IMG/VR virus record: IMGVR_UViG_3300020138_000006
Span: 16,880-80,879 of that record
Direction: 5' to 3' (one strand)
Length of the DNA stretch: 64,000 bases
DNA from: a virus
Taxonomy: Duplodnaviria > Caudoviricetes
The notes beneath the pieces were generated by a model. The model saw nothing but the letters and a program-made list of their open reading frames with translations, was not told the origin of the DNA and searched no databases. The position numbers were made by a program, and so were the translations under genes. Shown here piece after piece: positions 9,084-18,734 of the stretch. Numbering within the stretch: the first letter of the stretch is position 1; every line of letters begins with the position of its first letter.

Positions 9084-9926
9084 ATGGCCAGCAAGGCGCT
9101 GCAGCGCATCCAGAAGATCTTCCAGCGCGGAGAGCTCGTCATCCTGGGCGAGGGCGACGATCGCGTCTTCCTGTGGGTCGCGAAGCTGAACGCGATGGAG
9201 AAGGAAGAGGCCAACCTCGACGGCCGCTCCGCCCGTGCCATGCGCATGCTCGCGTTCGACCGCTCGGAGGAAGAGCAGGCGTCCCTGCAGATCCTCCTGG
9301 AGCGCACCGACGATCGCGAGATCATGGAGGCACTCCTCAACCGCAAGGCGCCCGAGCTCTACATGCAGGCTGAGGACGAGATCCGCTCCGAGGACGCGTG
9401 GAAGGAGCGCCTGGAGGCGATCGACCGCGCGAGTCTCCTCGCAGACCGACCCGCCTCCGAGGAGGAGAAGTCTCTGGCGGTCGACCTGCTCCTGGAGTAC
9501 CAGCGGGAGATCGAGAAGCGTCACCGCAAGGCGCTGCAGGCGGAGCGCCGGTCGTTCAACGACATGGACCGTGCCGAGCTGGAGGACGCGTACCGCAAGC
9601 AGTGGCGGGAGATGCTCGGCGCTACCGCCTTCCACGAGGCCAGGCGACAGACGGAACTCTGGCTCTCGCTGCGCGAGTGCACGGTGGACGTCGACGCGGA
9701 TGGGCCGGTCATGTCGACTCTCGTCGTGGGGGAGCGGCTTCTGGACGAGCGGGCTGACGTGCTCTCCCTCCCGGACGAGGTCATCGCCCAGGTCGTCGCC
9801 GCCTTCGAGCGCGAGATGTCGGCCCGTGACGCGGGAAACTCGGACGCACCGGCGGCTTCCTCCGTGTCGTCGGTGCAGCGAAGCGTGGAGGAGGACTCGA
9901 AGCCCTCTACCCCGACGGAGATGTGA
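9084..9926 (+). CDS. Tail assembly chaperone (G)
   Basis: 280 aa acidic helical protein between major tail and tape measure. Confidence 0.85.
   Translation: MASKALQRIQKIFQRGELVILGEGDDRVFLWVAKLNAMEKEEANLDGRSARAMRMLAFDRSEEEQASLQILLERTDDREIMEALLNRKAPELYMQAEDEIRSEDAWKERLEAIDRASLLADRPASEEEKSLAVDLLLEYQREIEKRHRKALQAERRSFNDMDRAELEDAYRKQWREMLGATAFHEARRQTELWLSLRECTVDVDADGPVMSTLVVGERLLDERADVLSLPDEVIAQVVAAFEREMSARDAGNSDAPAASSVSSVQRSVEEDSKPSTPTEM
9833..9839 (+). other. -1 programmed frameshift slippery site GGGAAAC
   Basis: G GGA AAC in the X XXY YYZ register of the chaperone; the -1 frame is open from 9839 to 10168. Confidence 0.85.
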
Positions 9927-10168
9927 CCAAGGCCGGTTGGGACCTCATGGAGGCGATCTCCGCCGCGATGGTCGTCCTCGGCTTCTTCGAGTTGCCTGCC
10001 GAGGACCAGCCGCCGGAGCACTACTGGCATTCGCGCGAGCTCGTCGATGAGTGGTTCGTCTCCGTGAAGGCGCGCTACGAGCGGAAGGCGAAGGGCCTGG
10101 AGTCGATCGAGACCTCTGTAAGCGAAGACGACTTCGTGAACGAGGAAGTGGCCGCGCTGCGCGGCTGA
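9839..10168 (+). CDS. Tail assembly chaperone extension (GT fusion via -1 frameshift)
   Basis: -1 frame reads LGRTGGFLRVVGAAKRGGGLEALYPDGDVTKAGWDLMEA... and joins ORF 9923-10168. Confidence 0.8.
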   Translation, partial: LGRTGGFLRVVGAAKRGGGLEALYPDGDVTKAGWDLMEAISAAMVVLGFFELPAEDQPPEHYWHSRELVDEWFVSVKARYERKAKGLESIETSVSEDDFVNEEVAALRG

Positions 10169-10189
10169 ACTGGAACGGGGGTCGTTGCC

Positions 10190-13100
10190 GTGGCTGAGGC
10201 CGAGGACGTCTACAAGGTCAGCGCCGAGTACGACGGCAAGGGCGCGTTCGACCGGTTCGCCGCTGACCTCGAAGGCATCTCGACCGACGTCCAGAAGGCG
10301 CTCGAAGGACTGGTCCGCGCGGGCGCCCCCAAGGGCCGCATGGCCGAGATGGGCGGCGCCGCAGGCAAGGCCTACGCCGACGCTATCCGCACGGCGGTGA
10401 CCAAGGGTCTGCAGTTCCTCGACGACTCGGTCTTCGGGAGCTCCGTCGCGAGAGGGTCCGGGCTCAGCCGGTTCGAGGGTGGTGGGCGCGCCTTCCGGCA
10501 GATGGAGCAGGCGGCCAACCGCCTGAAGAACCAGACGCTCATGGACACCTGGGGGCGCCCCAACCAGGACCTGCAGCGCTATGTCGACAGGCTGCAGGAG
10601 GCCGAGCGCCGGACTCGGCAGATCACGGCCGGGAACTACTCGCTCCTGGGCATGCAGGAGCGGCTGCAGCGGATCCCGACCTTCACCGAGCGCGAGACGC
10701 GGGCCCTGGCATCGGCCCCACTGTCGGACCGGACGCGCGAGGCCCTGGCTCAGGCATCCGCGCACACGATTGCCCCAACGGCCTACGCCGCCCCTCCGCC
10801 CAGGCCGTTCACGCCAGACCTTTCCGGTCGAAATGCACCGGCGCAACTGTTCGTCCGGGCGATCAACGACGAGTCGAACACGGCACCCGCCAAGCAGAAG
10901 TTCATGGACGCGGCCAACCAGTTCGGCTTGACTGCGTCCGAGGCCCGGAAGACGGCGGCCGACTACGCGGAGCTCGGGAAGCAGATCCGTGCGGAGGCTG
11001 CCGCGCACAAGGCGCAGCAGGAGGCGCTGCAGCAGGCGCGTCGCGCAGACCTGGACGCACGCACGACGCGCAACTCCCGGTCGGTGCAGATTCGGCCCGG
11101 CACAGACTCCTGGCGGTCTTTCGACGACCCCGAGATGCTGGCGGCGGCTGCGGCCGGGCAGAGGGCGACCTTCGGTTCGTACGAGTCGAACTCTCCGGCG
11201 GACGTACGCCGCCTGCGCGCTGCGATCCAGGAGCTCGGCAAGCTCCCTGTCACGCTGGAGAGTCTTGGCCTGAAGTCAGGGGAGTCGGTTCGCCTCGGCA
11301 GTGGCACGGCGGCGCGCCAGCGGCAGAACTACTACCTCGGCAGCTATCGGGAGAACATCGAGGCCACCCGGCTGCGAGAGCTGGAGGAGATCAGGACTCG
11401 CGGACAGCTCCCCATCACGGCGAAGTCGCTGGGGATCGAGCCGGGGGAGTCGGTTCGGCTCAACTCGACGGTCGGCGAGCGCCAGCGGCAGAACTACTAC
11501 CTCGGCAGCTATCGGGAGAACATCGAGGCCACGGCTCAGCGCGAGAAGGCCGAGCGCGCCGCCGCCGTATCCGCAGAGCGCGAGCAGCGCGCGGCCGAGA
11601 GGCGTGCCGCCCGCGAGGAGGCGGCTGCCCGAAAGGCGGAGGCTGCAGCCAACACCCCGCAGGCCAGGTCTCGTGCCGGCGGGTTCAAGGACCAGTTCCT
11701 GTACGGCTTCGGCGTCGGGGACGACGAGCGGCCTTTCGGCGAGATGGTCGGCCAGACCGCTCGCATTTCGCTGTTCTACGGTGCCGCCTACCGAGGCCTC
11801 AGCCTGCTGCAGCAGGGGCTGGAAGGGGCCGTCCAGGAGACGCTCGCGTACGAGGACGCGCTGACTAACCTCAACGTCGTCACGGGCCGCGCGCGGTCTT
11901 CCAACGAGGGCCTCGCCACTGCGCTCGGCGACATCGCGACCGCTGCCGGGTTCAACCCGTCGCAAGGTGTTGAGCTCGGCGCACGGGCCATCGGCCTGTA
12001 CGGCGTCGCCGACGCGAGCCGTGAAGACCAGGACCGGGCCCTCGATCTTGCCACCCGTGTCGCGACGCAGATGGCCCGGGTTTCGGGCGCGGACGCCACC
12101 CTCACGCAGACCCAGCTCGCAGGTGCGCTGCGCTCACTTGGGTGGGGCATCGAGCGACTGCCCGAGCTCCAGGACACCATCTCGTACATCTCGCGGCAGA
12201 CCGGCCAGGCTCCCACCGAGCTTCTCGGCGCCGTCTCGAACATCGCGACCCTCGGTACGCAGGCGGGCTTCACGCCACAGATGCTCGCGGCCCTTGTGGC
12301 TCAGGTCGGCACGACAACCGGCCAGAACCCTGAGGCGACGGCTGGACAGTTCCGCCAGCTCCTGTCGCGCAACGCGTCGGAGATCGCCCCGAAGGCGTCC
12401 GACATCGTCGGGGTCGACCTGTCGGGCATGGACCTGCAGCAGATCTTCGCCACGGTCTCGCAGCTCTCCCTGTCGACTGACCAGCTCAACCGCTTCGCCT
12501 CGCTCTTCGGCAAGGGCGGGTCGCAGCAGGTTGCCACGATCCTGACGCAGCAGTACGGGACCGTGCAGTCCCTCGGCGCCCAGGCGCAGGACGCTCGCGG
12601 TTACGGGCAGGAGGCGTTCGAGCGGACGATGGACTCCATCGGCAACCGGCTCCGAGAGCTGGGCGCCCAGGTGGTCGGGTTCGGTGTCAAGCTCGTCGAG
12701 TCGGGTGTCGTCGACTGGATCGCCGCGATGGTCGTCGCGGCGCAGAACCTGGTCAACGCGGGCACGCGTGTGCTCGACCTCTTCAACGAACTCCCGCGCC
12801 CGATCCGGTCAATCGGCCTCGCGCTGGGCGAGCTCTATGCTACGGCTCTGCTGTGGCAGCGACTGTCCACGGGCAAGGCGGCGGGTGCACTGGCGTCCCC
12901 GTTCATGGCGCGCGCTTCGCAGGCGGTCATCGGGGCGGCGAACCTCGACTTCGGCAAGGTCGACTGGAAGAACCTGCCGAAGTCGATCGGCGACTCGGTC
13001 TCCCGCGCCACACGCCTGACGGGCGGTCGGGGAGCAGTCGTCGATCCGCGCATGAGCGCCAACCCGGTCCTCGGGGGGCTGCAGCGCCGCACTGGGCTCA

Positions 13101-15526
13101 CGACCCTCGGCCTCGGAGTCGCGGCCGGGGCCGCTCTCTATGTCGCCGGGAGCGTCGGCTCGTCGTACAACACGAACCGGGAAGCCGCTCGCGCCATCGA
13201 GGAGAACCGGTCGGTCCTCGCGAGCGCTCAGGACGCGGCGAGCCTGCGCAATGCGGCGGCGCAAGCGCGGAACGCGGCTGACGAACTGCAGAAGCAGACG
13301 CTCTCTGGATTGGACGTCGGCGACTTCGGGTCCCTGCTCTCCTCGGCGTTCAACTCGATGACCCTCGGGTCCGACATCAGCGAGCTGAACAAGATCTCCG
13401 ACAAGGCCAGCCAGGCCGCGGACGAGCTCGACAAGGCGCGGCAGGGCGCCGCACTGTCTTCCGACCGCTACTTCGGCGGCGACTTCTCGGGTGAGGGTAT
13501 CGCTGCGGGCATCCAGGCGATGGCCGACTCCGGCATGACCGCCTCGCAGCAGATGGACGTCCTGCGCGGCGCTCTCGACCGAGTCGCATCGGGCGCAGAG
13601 AGCACCGCGGACGCCGTCGCGGTGCTCTCTTCTGCTCAGGTTCCCTACGCGTCGCGTCTCCTCGCGCGCGGAGTGAGCTCTGCCGTCGACGAGGCGAGCC
13701 AGTTCGCCGGGACTCGCGCTGACGCGCTCCAGGACGCGGCGAACGTGTACTTCCCCGAGAACCCGTTCGAGCACGGCGACGACAAGTTCCGTGACTCGCA
13801 GAAGCTGCTGAACCTCAGCGCGGACGCCCAGACCGCCCTGACTGACCAGCTCAACGGCGTCTTCGCCGATCTCCTCCCGACGCTCCTGAGTGACGGCGTC
13901 ATCGACGACGACGAGCTCGCTCAGATCCGGAAGGAGGCGGTGGTCGAGGCCTCGCGGAACATCCCGGACCTGGGGTCTCTCGACCCCGAGACGGCCGAAG
14001 CGTTCCGCACGATGATCTACTCGCGGATCGCCGGGGTTCTGCGCCAGTTCTCGCCCGAGGCCGTCGCGACCGACCCCGCCGCGTTCGTGCAGACGTCCCT
14101 GGCGAGCGCTGAGGCGACAGCAGGCGCCCAGGCCCTCTTCGGCGGTTCTGCCGTCGGGGTTGCGACGAACAGGCTGTCCACCCTGCGGCGAGACCGCCAG
14201 ACCCTCGTCAACCAGATCGCGACCTCCGGTACTCCGATCACCGGGGACCAGATCAACGCCCTGCGGGAGTTCGACAACGCGATCCGCGAGAGTGTGAACA
14301 ACCTCGTCGACGCACGGATCGCGCGCGTCGACCAGCTTCTTGCGGTGACGCAGTCCAGCCTCGCGACCGACGACATCACGGGTCGTCTGCAGGCTGAGCG
14401 TGACGCCATCGTCCAGAAGCTCGACATCGCGCGCGAGCAGTCGAACAAGGACGCGGCAGCGGCGGCGTCTGCCGCGATGGGGCATGCGGAGTGGACCCCG
14501 GTCGACTCGTCCGTGCAGGACGCGCAGATCGCAGCCTTCGCCAACAACGAGCGGGCGATGGCGCAGAACGCGCTCACCACCCGCCAGTCGCAGCGGCTGT
14601 CGGGCGTGTGGGGGGGCGATGCGATCGGCCAGGCCGCCGCGCAGATCGCCAACGCACAGGACGCGCTCTCGCACGCGACTTCCGGTGAGTCTGCGTGGTG
14701 GGACGCGAAGGGCGCCCTGAACCAGGCTCAGTACGCCTACACCCAGGCTGTCGTCAGCCGCCAGAACGCGGAGGCTTCGGCGGCCGTCGCCGGCAACCGC
14801 TCGGAGCTCGTGCAGGCGCAGGTCTCGATCGCGAACGCGCAGCGCACTCTGGCGGCTCAGCGGGCAGGGACTGAGCCCTACTACAACGCCCTGGCCCAGC
14901 TACGGGAGGCTCAGGCCAGCCTGGCGACGGCAGAACTCGCCCAGAGTGACCGGCTGAAGCGGCTCAACTCGGACCTGACGGACCCTGTCGAGCAGGCGCT
15001 GCTCGACGTCAAGCGGGCCCAGGCGCAGCTCCAGCAGGACAGCCGCTCGGGCCAGGGAGCGGACATCATCGCGCAGGACCGCCTCGACCTGCAGGGCGCC
15101 GAGAACCAGGCCGAGGCCGCGGCGTTCAACCAGCGGATCTCCGACCTGCAGACGAACGAGCAGCTCGGTCGCATCACGCAGACCGCCTACATGAGCTACC
15201 TGCAGTCTGAGCACGACCGCCTGTCTGCCATCGCGGACCGGACGCGCCAGCAGCAGGAGCAGCTCAACCAGGTCGACCAGCTGATGAAGGCGGCGGCTGA
15301 CCAGATCCAGGGTCAGTGGAACATCGGCAACATCGAGCTGCCGACGATTTACGAGGTCCGTCGCGCGATGCAGTCGGGTGCTCCGACGTCGGTCAACGAC
15401 TACTCGAACTCGAACAACACGGTCACCGTCAACGGCGCCGACTTCCAGGCGGTCGTGGAGTGGCTGCAGCAGGCGCTCGGCACCGGCGCTCGTGTGGTGA
15501 CACCTACCTCGACCCGGAGGGTGTAG
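10190..15526 (+). CDS. Tape measure protein
   Basis: 1778 aa, A/L/Q-rich helical; central TP901-type core (LTNLNVVTG...AGFNPSQG...); follows chaperones. Confidence 0.95.
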   Translation: MAEAEDVYKVSAEYDGKGAFDRFAADLEGISTDVQKALEGLVRAGAPKGRMAEMGGAAGKAYADAIRTAVTKGLQFLDDSVFGSSVARGSGLSRFEGGGRAFRQMEQAANRLKNQTLMDTWGRPNQDLQRYVDRLQEAERRTRQITAGNYSLLGMQERLQRIPTFTERETRALASAPLSDRTREALAQASAHTIAPTAYAAPPPRPFTPDLSGRNAPAQLFVRAINDESNTAPAKQKFMDAANQFGLTASEARKTAADYAELGKQIRAEAAAHKAQQEALQQARRADLDARTTRNSRSVQIRPGTDSWRSFDDPEMLAAAAAGQRATFGSYESNSPADVRRLRAAIQELGKLPVTLESLGLKSGESVRLGSGTAARQRQNYYLGSYRENIEATRLRELEEIRTRGQLPITAKSLGIEPGESVRLNSTVGERQRQNYYLGSYRENIEATAQREKAERAAAVSAEREQRAAERRAAREEAAARKAEAAANTPQARSRAGGFKDQFLYGFGVGDDERPFGEMVGQTARISLFYGAAYRGLSLLQQGLEGAVQETLAYEDALTNLNVVTGRARSSNEGLATALGDIATAAGFNPSQGVELGARAIGLYGVADASREDQDRALDLATRVATQMARVSGADATLTQTQLAGALRSLGWGIERLPELQDTISYISRQTGQAPTELLGAVSNIATLGTQAGFTPQMLAALVAQVGTTTGQNPEATAGQFRQLLSRNASEIAPKASDIVGVDLSGMDLQQIFATVSQLSLSTDQLNRFASLFGKGGSQQVATILTQQYGTVQSLGAQAQDARGYGQEAFERTMDSIGNRLRELGAQVVGFGVKLVESGVVDWIAAMVVAAQNLVNAGTRVLDLFNELPRPIRSIGLALGELYATALLWQRLSTGKAAGALASPFMARASQAVIGAANLDFGKVDWKNLPKSIGDSVSRATRLTGGRGAVVDPRMSANPVLGGLQRRTGLTTLGLGVAAGAALYVAGSVGSSYNTNREAARAIEENRSVLASAQDAASLRNAAAQARNAADELQKQTLSGLDVGDFGSLLSSAFNSMTLGSDISELNKISDKASQAADELDKARQGAALSSDRYFGGDFSGEGIAAGIQAMADSGMTASQQMDVLRGALDRVASGAESTADAVAVLSSAQVPYASRLLARGVSSAVDEASQFAGTRADALQDAANVYFPENPFEHGDDKFRDSQKLLNLSADAQTALTDQLNGVFADLLPTLLSDGVIDDDELAQIRKEAVVEASRNIPDLGSLDPETAEAFRTMIYSRIAGVLRQFSPEAVATDPAAFVQTSLASAEATAGAQALFGGSAVGVATNRLSTLRRDRQTLVNQIATSGTPITGDQINALREFDNAIRESVNNLVDARIARVDQLLAVTQSSLATDDITGRLQAERDAIVQKLDIAREQSNKDAAAAASAAMGHAEWTPVDSSVQDAQIAAFANNERAMAQNALTTRQSQRLSGVWGGDAIGQAAAQIANAQDALSHATSGESAWWDAKGALNQAQYAYTQAVVSRQNAEASAAVAGNRSELVQAQVSIANAQRTLAAQRAGTEPYYNALAQLREAQASLATAELAQSDRLKRLNSDLTDPVEQALLDVKRAQAQLQQDSRSGQGADIIAQDRLDLQGAENQAEAAAFNQRISDLQTNEQLGRITQTAYMSYLQSEHDRLSAIADRTRQQQEQLNQVDQLMKAAADQIQGQWNIGNIELPTIYEVRRAMQSGAPTSVNDYSNSNNTVTVNGADFQAVVEWLQQALGTGARVVTPTSTRRV
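11314..11532 (+). repeat. 54-bp exact direct repeat in tape measure gene
   Basis: 11314-11367 = 11479-11532 (RQRQNYYLGSYRENIEAT), offset 165 nt. Confidence 0.9.
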
Positions 15527-15960
15527 TGGCAGTCCTGAAGTGGAAGATCGTGGACCCGTCGGACGCGAACCCGGCGACCAACACGTACAACTTCATGTGG
15601 AACCCGAGCGAGATGTCGTCTCCGTTCCCCGAGCGGTCGGTGACCGTCTCGTCGGCCGTCGCGCCTGACGGGCAGTCGGTTCTCTGGGAGGGCGCAACTC
15701 AGCCCGTGCAGTTCACCTTCCGGGGCACGACCCCGAACGCTACGCAGTACGAGGCGCTGCGCGAGTGGGTGTACGAGCGTCGGGGGCGCATGTACCTGTA
15801 CGACCACTTCGGACGCCGGATGCTCGTGGTGTTCAAGAAGTTCGACCCGACGCCGGGGGCGAAGGCCAGGCCGGGGCGGTACTGGTACCACAGCTACACG
15901 GTCACCGCGCTCGTGCTCGCGATCACAGCGCCCACCGTCGGAGACGGGGGTTACGCCTGA
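15526..15960 (+). CDS. Minor tail protein (distal-tail/Dit position)
   Basis: GTG 15526 overlaps the TMP stop; 144 aa. Confidence 0.65.
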   Translation: MAVLKWKIVDPSDANPATNTYNFMWNPSEMSSPFPERSVTVSSAVAPDGQSVLWEGATQPVQFTFRGTTPNATQYEALREWVYERRGRMYLYDHFGRRMLVVFKKFDPTPGAKARPGRYWYHSYTVTALVLAITAPTVGDGGYA

Positions 15961-18263
15961 TGCGCCGCGTTCCTGAGCACTTCGAGAAGCTCTGGCAGGC
16001 CGGTGACTTCTCAGGGCCCAACAAGGCCACGCGTCGCGTCACGATCCAGCGACCGCTGATGCGGCTCGACTCGTTCGAGCTGATGACGACCTACCGTCGT
16101 GTGTCCGCGGTCTACGGCGCCGTGCCGTCGTCGAACCCGTACCCGTCGGGCATCGATCCCACCAAGGGCGAGCGCGTGACGCAGACGTACGCGGACTACC
16201 TGTTCACCGCCCCCGGGGCCCCGATGGAACTCCCGAACGTGTCGAGCATCTCGTGGACCCGCTCTGTCGACGTCGACACCGCTCAGGCGACCATCGAGTT
16301 CTGGAACAACCAGCCACTCCCGGTCGGCCAGCGCCCGAAGAACGGCGAGCTCGATCAGCCCGGCTACTTCTCTCCCGGTCGTGGCACTTCGCCGTTCTCG
16401 TCACGCTGGGACCACAAGCCGAACGACTGGACCGGTCTCCTCATGCCGGACAACATCCTGCGCACCTACGAGGGGTGGGGGAGCGACAACCCGGAGAGCG
16501 CCGGCATTGGCGGGGACGGCTACGTGCCGCCCGAGAAGGACTCGCGACTCGTCCTTACTGGTGTGTGGATCATCGACAGCGTCGAGATGACCGCACTCGG
16601 CAGCGTCGTCGTCACGGCGCGCGATCCGGGCAGGCTCCTGCTCGACCACTCCGCGATGATCCCTGTCATTCCTGACGACTTCTACCCGGTCACGTTCAAG
16701 GACTGGGGTGACAAGGTCACCGTTCTGTCGAAGCGCCAGGAGGACTACCGAGCCACCCAGGTCGACCGTGTGAACGCGACGCACCGGGGCTCCGGCAACG
16801 ACCTGTGGCCCGAGAGTGCCTACACAGGAGCGAAGGTTTACGGGCACTCCAGCACTCATGCCCTGGATGGGAAGCAGCAGACCTACTACCTGTCGGTCGG
16901 CAACCCGAGCCCGGGGTACCGGTCGGCCTACGAGTACGTCGACGTCAATGTCGACGCGACGATCAGCGAGGTGCGCTTCACGACCGTCAAGTCTGGGTAC
17001 AACGCGTACGTCTCGATCAAGACGCGCGACGGCTGGGTCAACGGCAAGACGATGCCTTACCGCCGGGACGGTCGCGGTCGGTACGAGGAGGGCGTCCCGT
17101 ACGTTGCGTCGAAGGGCGGCCTGAAGGGCGAGGGTACCCACACGATCAGCTTCAAGCCGGTCGAGCGGGCGACGATGGTGCGCCTGTGGCTCGGCAACCT
17201 GCCGAACTTCGGGCTCCCCGGGGCGAAGTACCGCGCCGGGATCCGGGAGATCCAGGTCTGGGGTCCGCGTGCAGTCACGCGCAAGCGTACGGTGGTCGAC
17301 TCGAACCAGGTCGGACTGACGCCGGGCCCTGCAGGATCGAACCCGGGCCGCTGTCAGGACTACACCGATATCGTCAAGCTCTTCTGCGCCTGGGCCGGTC
17401 TGTACTGGCCGCAGGGTGGCTACGAGGCCATGTCGGACGGCTCCATCCGTGCCCTGTCCCCGAAGAAGCCCGACAGGGTCCTCGGGGCGGGGGTGCAGGG
17501 TCGTGTGTGGGGCGACTTCCAGGCGACGGGGACCGCTCCGGTCGCGGAGATCGTCGCGAGCGCCTTCGACAAGAAGACACTCATGGACGGCGTCCGGTAC
17601 GTCGCAGACATCCTCGGCTTCGGGTTCTGGTTCGACGAGACGGGCGCCGCTCAGTGGCGACTGCCCAACATCTGGGGCCGTGGGAACTGGATCAACGGGA
17701 CGGCGAGCAGCCCGGGTCGTACGAACGAGGTCGTGACGATCGACGAGCGCAAGACGATCATCGGCCTGAGCGCGACGATCCAGTCGGCGAACGTGCGCGA
17801 GGGCGTGTTCGTCGCCAACCCGGTCGGCAAGTTCGCCGCGATGGTCCCCGGGTACAACCCGAACCCCACCGGGCTGCGCCGGGTCGGCGGCTGGACGGAC
17901 CAGCACTTCGAGAGCGTCGACGAGGCCCGCGTCATGGCAGACCTCGTCACGGTGCGCCAACTTTTCCGCTACCGCCAAGATCGCATCACGATCCCAGCGC
18001 ACCCGGCGATCCAGATCGACGACCAGGTGCGCATCTTCGAGCGTGTCACGTCGGAGGGGTACTACCACTACGTGCAGGGCATCTCGTCACAGAACGATGC
18101 CCAGAACGGACAGTGGACCTACACCCTGCAGACCCACTGGTTGGGTGACGACCCGAACGGGAAGTGGGCATTCGACAAGTCCGCACTGTCCTCCGTGACG
18201 ATCGCGCATGTCGATGCGCTACAGGGAGGAACCGAGTACGTCCGGGCGGGGCTGGAGGGGTGA
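15960..18263 (+). CDS. Minor tail protein (baseplate hub/Tal-like)
   Basis: ATG 15960; 767 aa; C-terminal ITIPAHPAIQIDDQVRI...YYHYVQGIS hub motif; central beta-sandwich insert. Confidence 0.75.
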   Translation: MRRVPEHFEKLWQAGDFSGPNKATRRVTIQRPLMRLDSFELMTTYRRVSAVYGAVPSSNPYPSGIDPTKGERVTQTYADYLFTAPGAPMELPNVSSISWTRSVDVDTAQATIEFWNNQPLPVGQRPKNGELDQPGYFSPGRGTSPFSSRWDHKPNDWTGLLMPDNILRTYEGWGSDNPESAGIGGDGYVPPEKDSRLVLTGVWIIDSVEMTALGSVVVTARDPGRLLLDHSAMIPVIPDDFYPVTFKDWGDKVTVLSKRQEDYRATQVDRVNATHRGSGNDLWPESAYTGAKVYGHSSTHALDGKQQTYYLSVGNPSPGYRSAYEYVDVNVDATISEVRFTTVKSGYNAYVSIKTRDGWVNGKTMPYRRDGRGRYEEGVPYVASKGGLKGEGTHTISFKPVERATMVRLWLGNLPNFGLPGAKYRAGIREIQVWGPRAVTRKRTVVDSNQVGLTPGPAGSNPGRCQDYTDIVKLFCAWAGLYWPQGGYEAMSDGSIRALSPKKPDRVLGAGVQGRVWGDFQATGTAPVAEIVASAFDKKTLMDGVRYVADILGFGFWFDETGAAQWRLPNIWGRGNWINGTASSPGRTNEVVTIDERKTIIGLSATIQSANVREGVFVANPVGKFAAMVPGYNPNPTGLRRVGGWTDQHFESVDEARVMADLVTVRQLFRYRQDRITIPAHPAIQIDDQVRIFERVTSEGYYHYVQGISSQNDAQNGQWTYTLQTHWLGDDPNGKWAFDKSALSSVTIAHVDALQGGTEYVRAGLEG

Positions 18264-18733
18264 TGGCGGCAACCTTCTTCGAGCTCATCGTCGCGGAGCA
18301 GGGGCGCAACGCGCAGCGCGAGACCTCGCGCGAGAATGCCGGTCGGCTGGCCTACTCGATCCACAAGCAGGACTCCAAGGGGGTCGGCTACTTCCAGGTG
18401 CAGAAGCCCATCCCGTTCGATGTGGCCTTCACCGAGGAGCCCGTCATGTTCACGGGTGCGGCGATCATCGATCCCGTCCCGGCTGGCTGGTACCCGCCCG
18501 CCGCAGGCGCGTCGGTCTGGCAGTGGCAGCGCAACCCGAAGGGCAACTACACGGGCGCCTGGGTGGCGTTGTGGGTCCGGATGGAGCCCGCCGACGCGGT
18601 CTCGCCGACTCCGCCGCCGATCCGGATCCAGCACCACCTCATGTTCATGGGCGACGCTTACAAGGATCTCGGTAACGAGGTCTCCACGGATGCCCAGCTG
18701 CTCAGCCCGCGCCGGGCCGGATTCGGGAGTTGA
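18263..18733 (+). CDS. Minor tail protein
   Basis: ATG 18263, coupled; 156 aa. Confidence 0.65.
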   Translation: MAATFFELIVAEQGRNAQRETSRENAGRLAYSIHKQDSKGVGYFQVQKPIPFDVAFTEEPVMFTGAAIIDPVPAGWYPPAAGASVWQWQRNPKGNYTGAWVALWVRMEPADAVSPTPPPIRIQHHLMFMGDAYKDLGNEVSTDAQLLSPRRAGFGS

Positions 18734-18734
18734 C

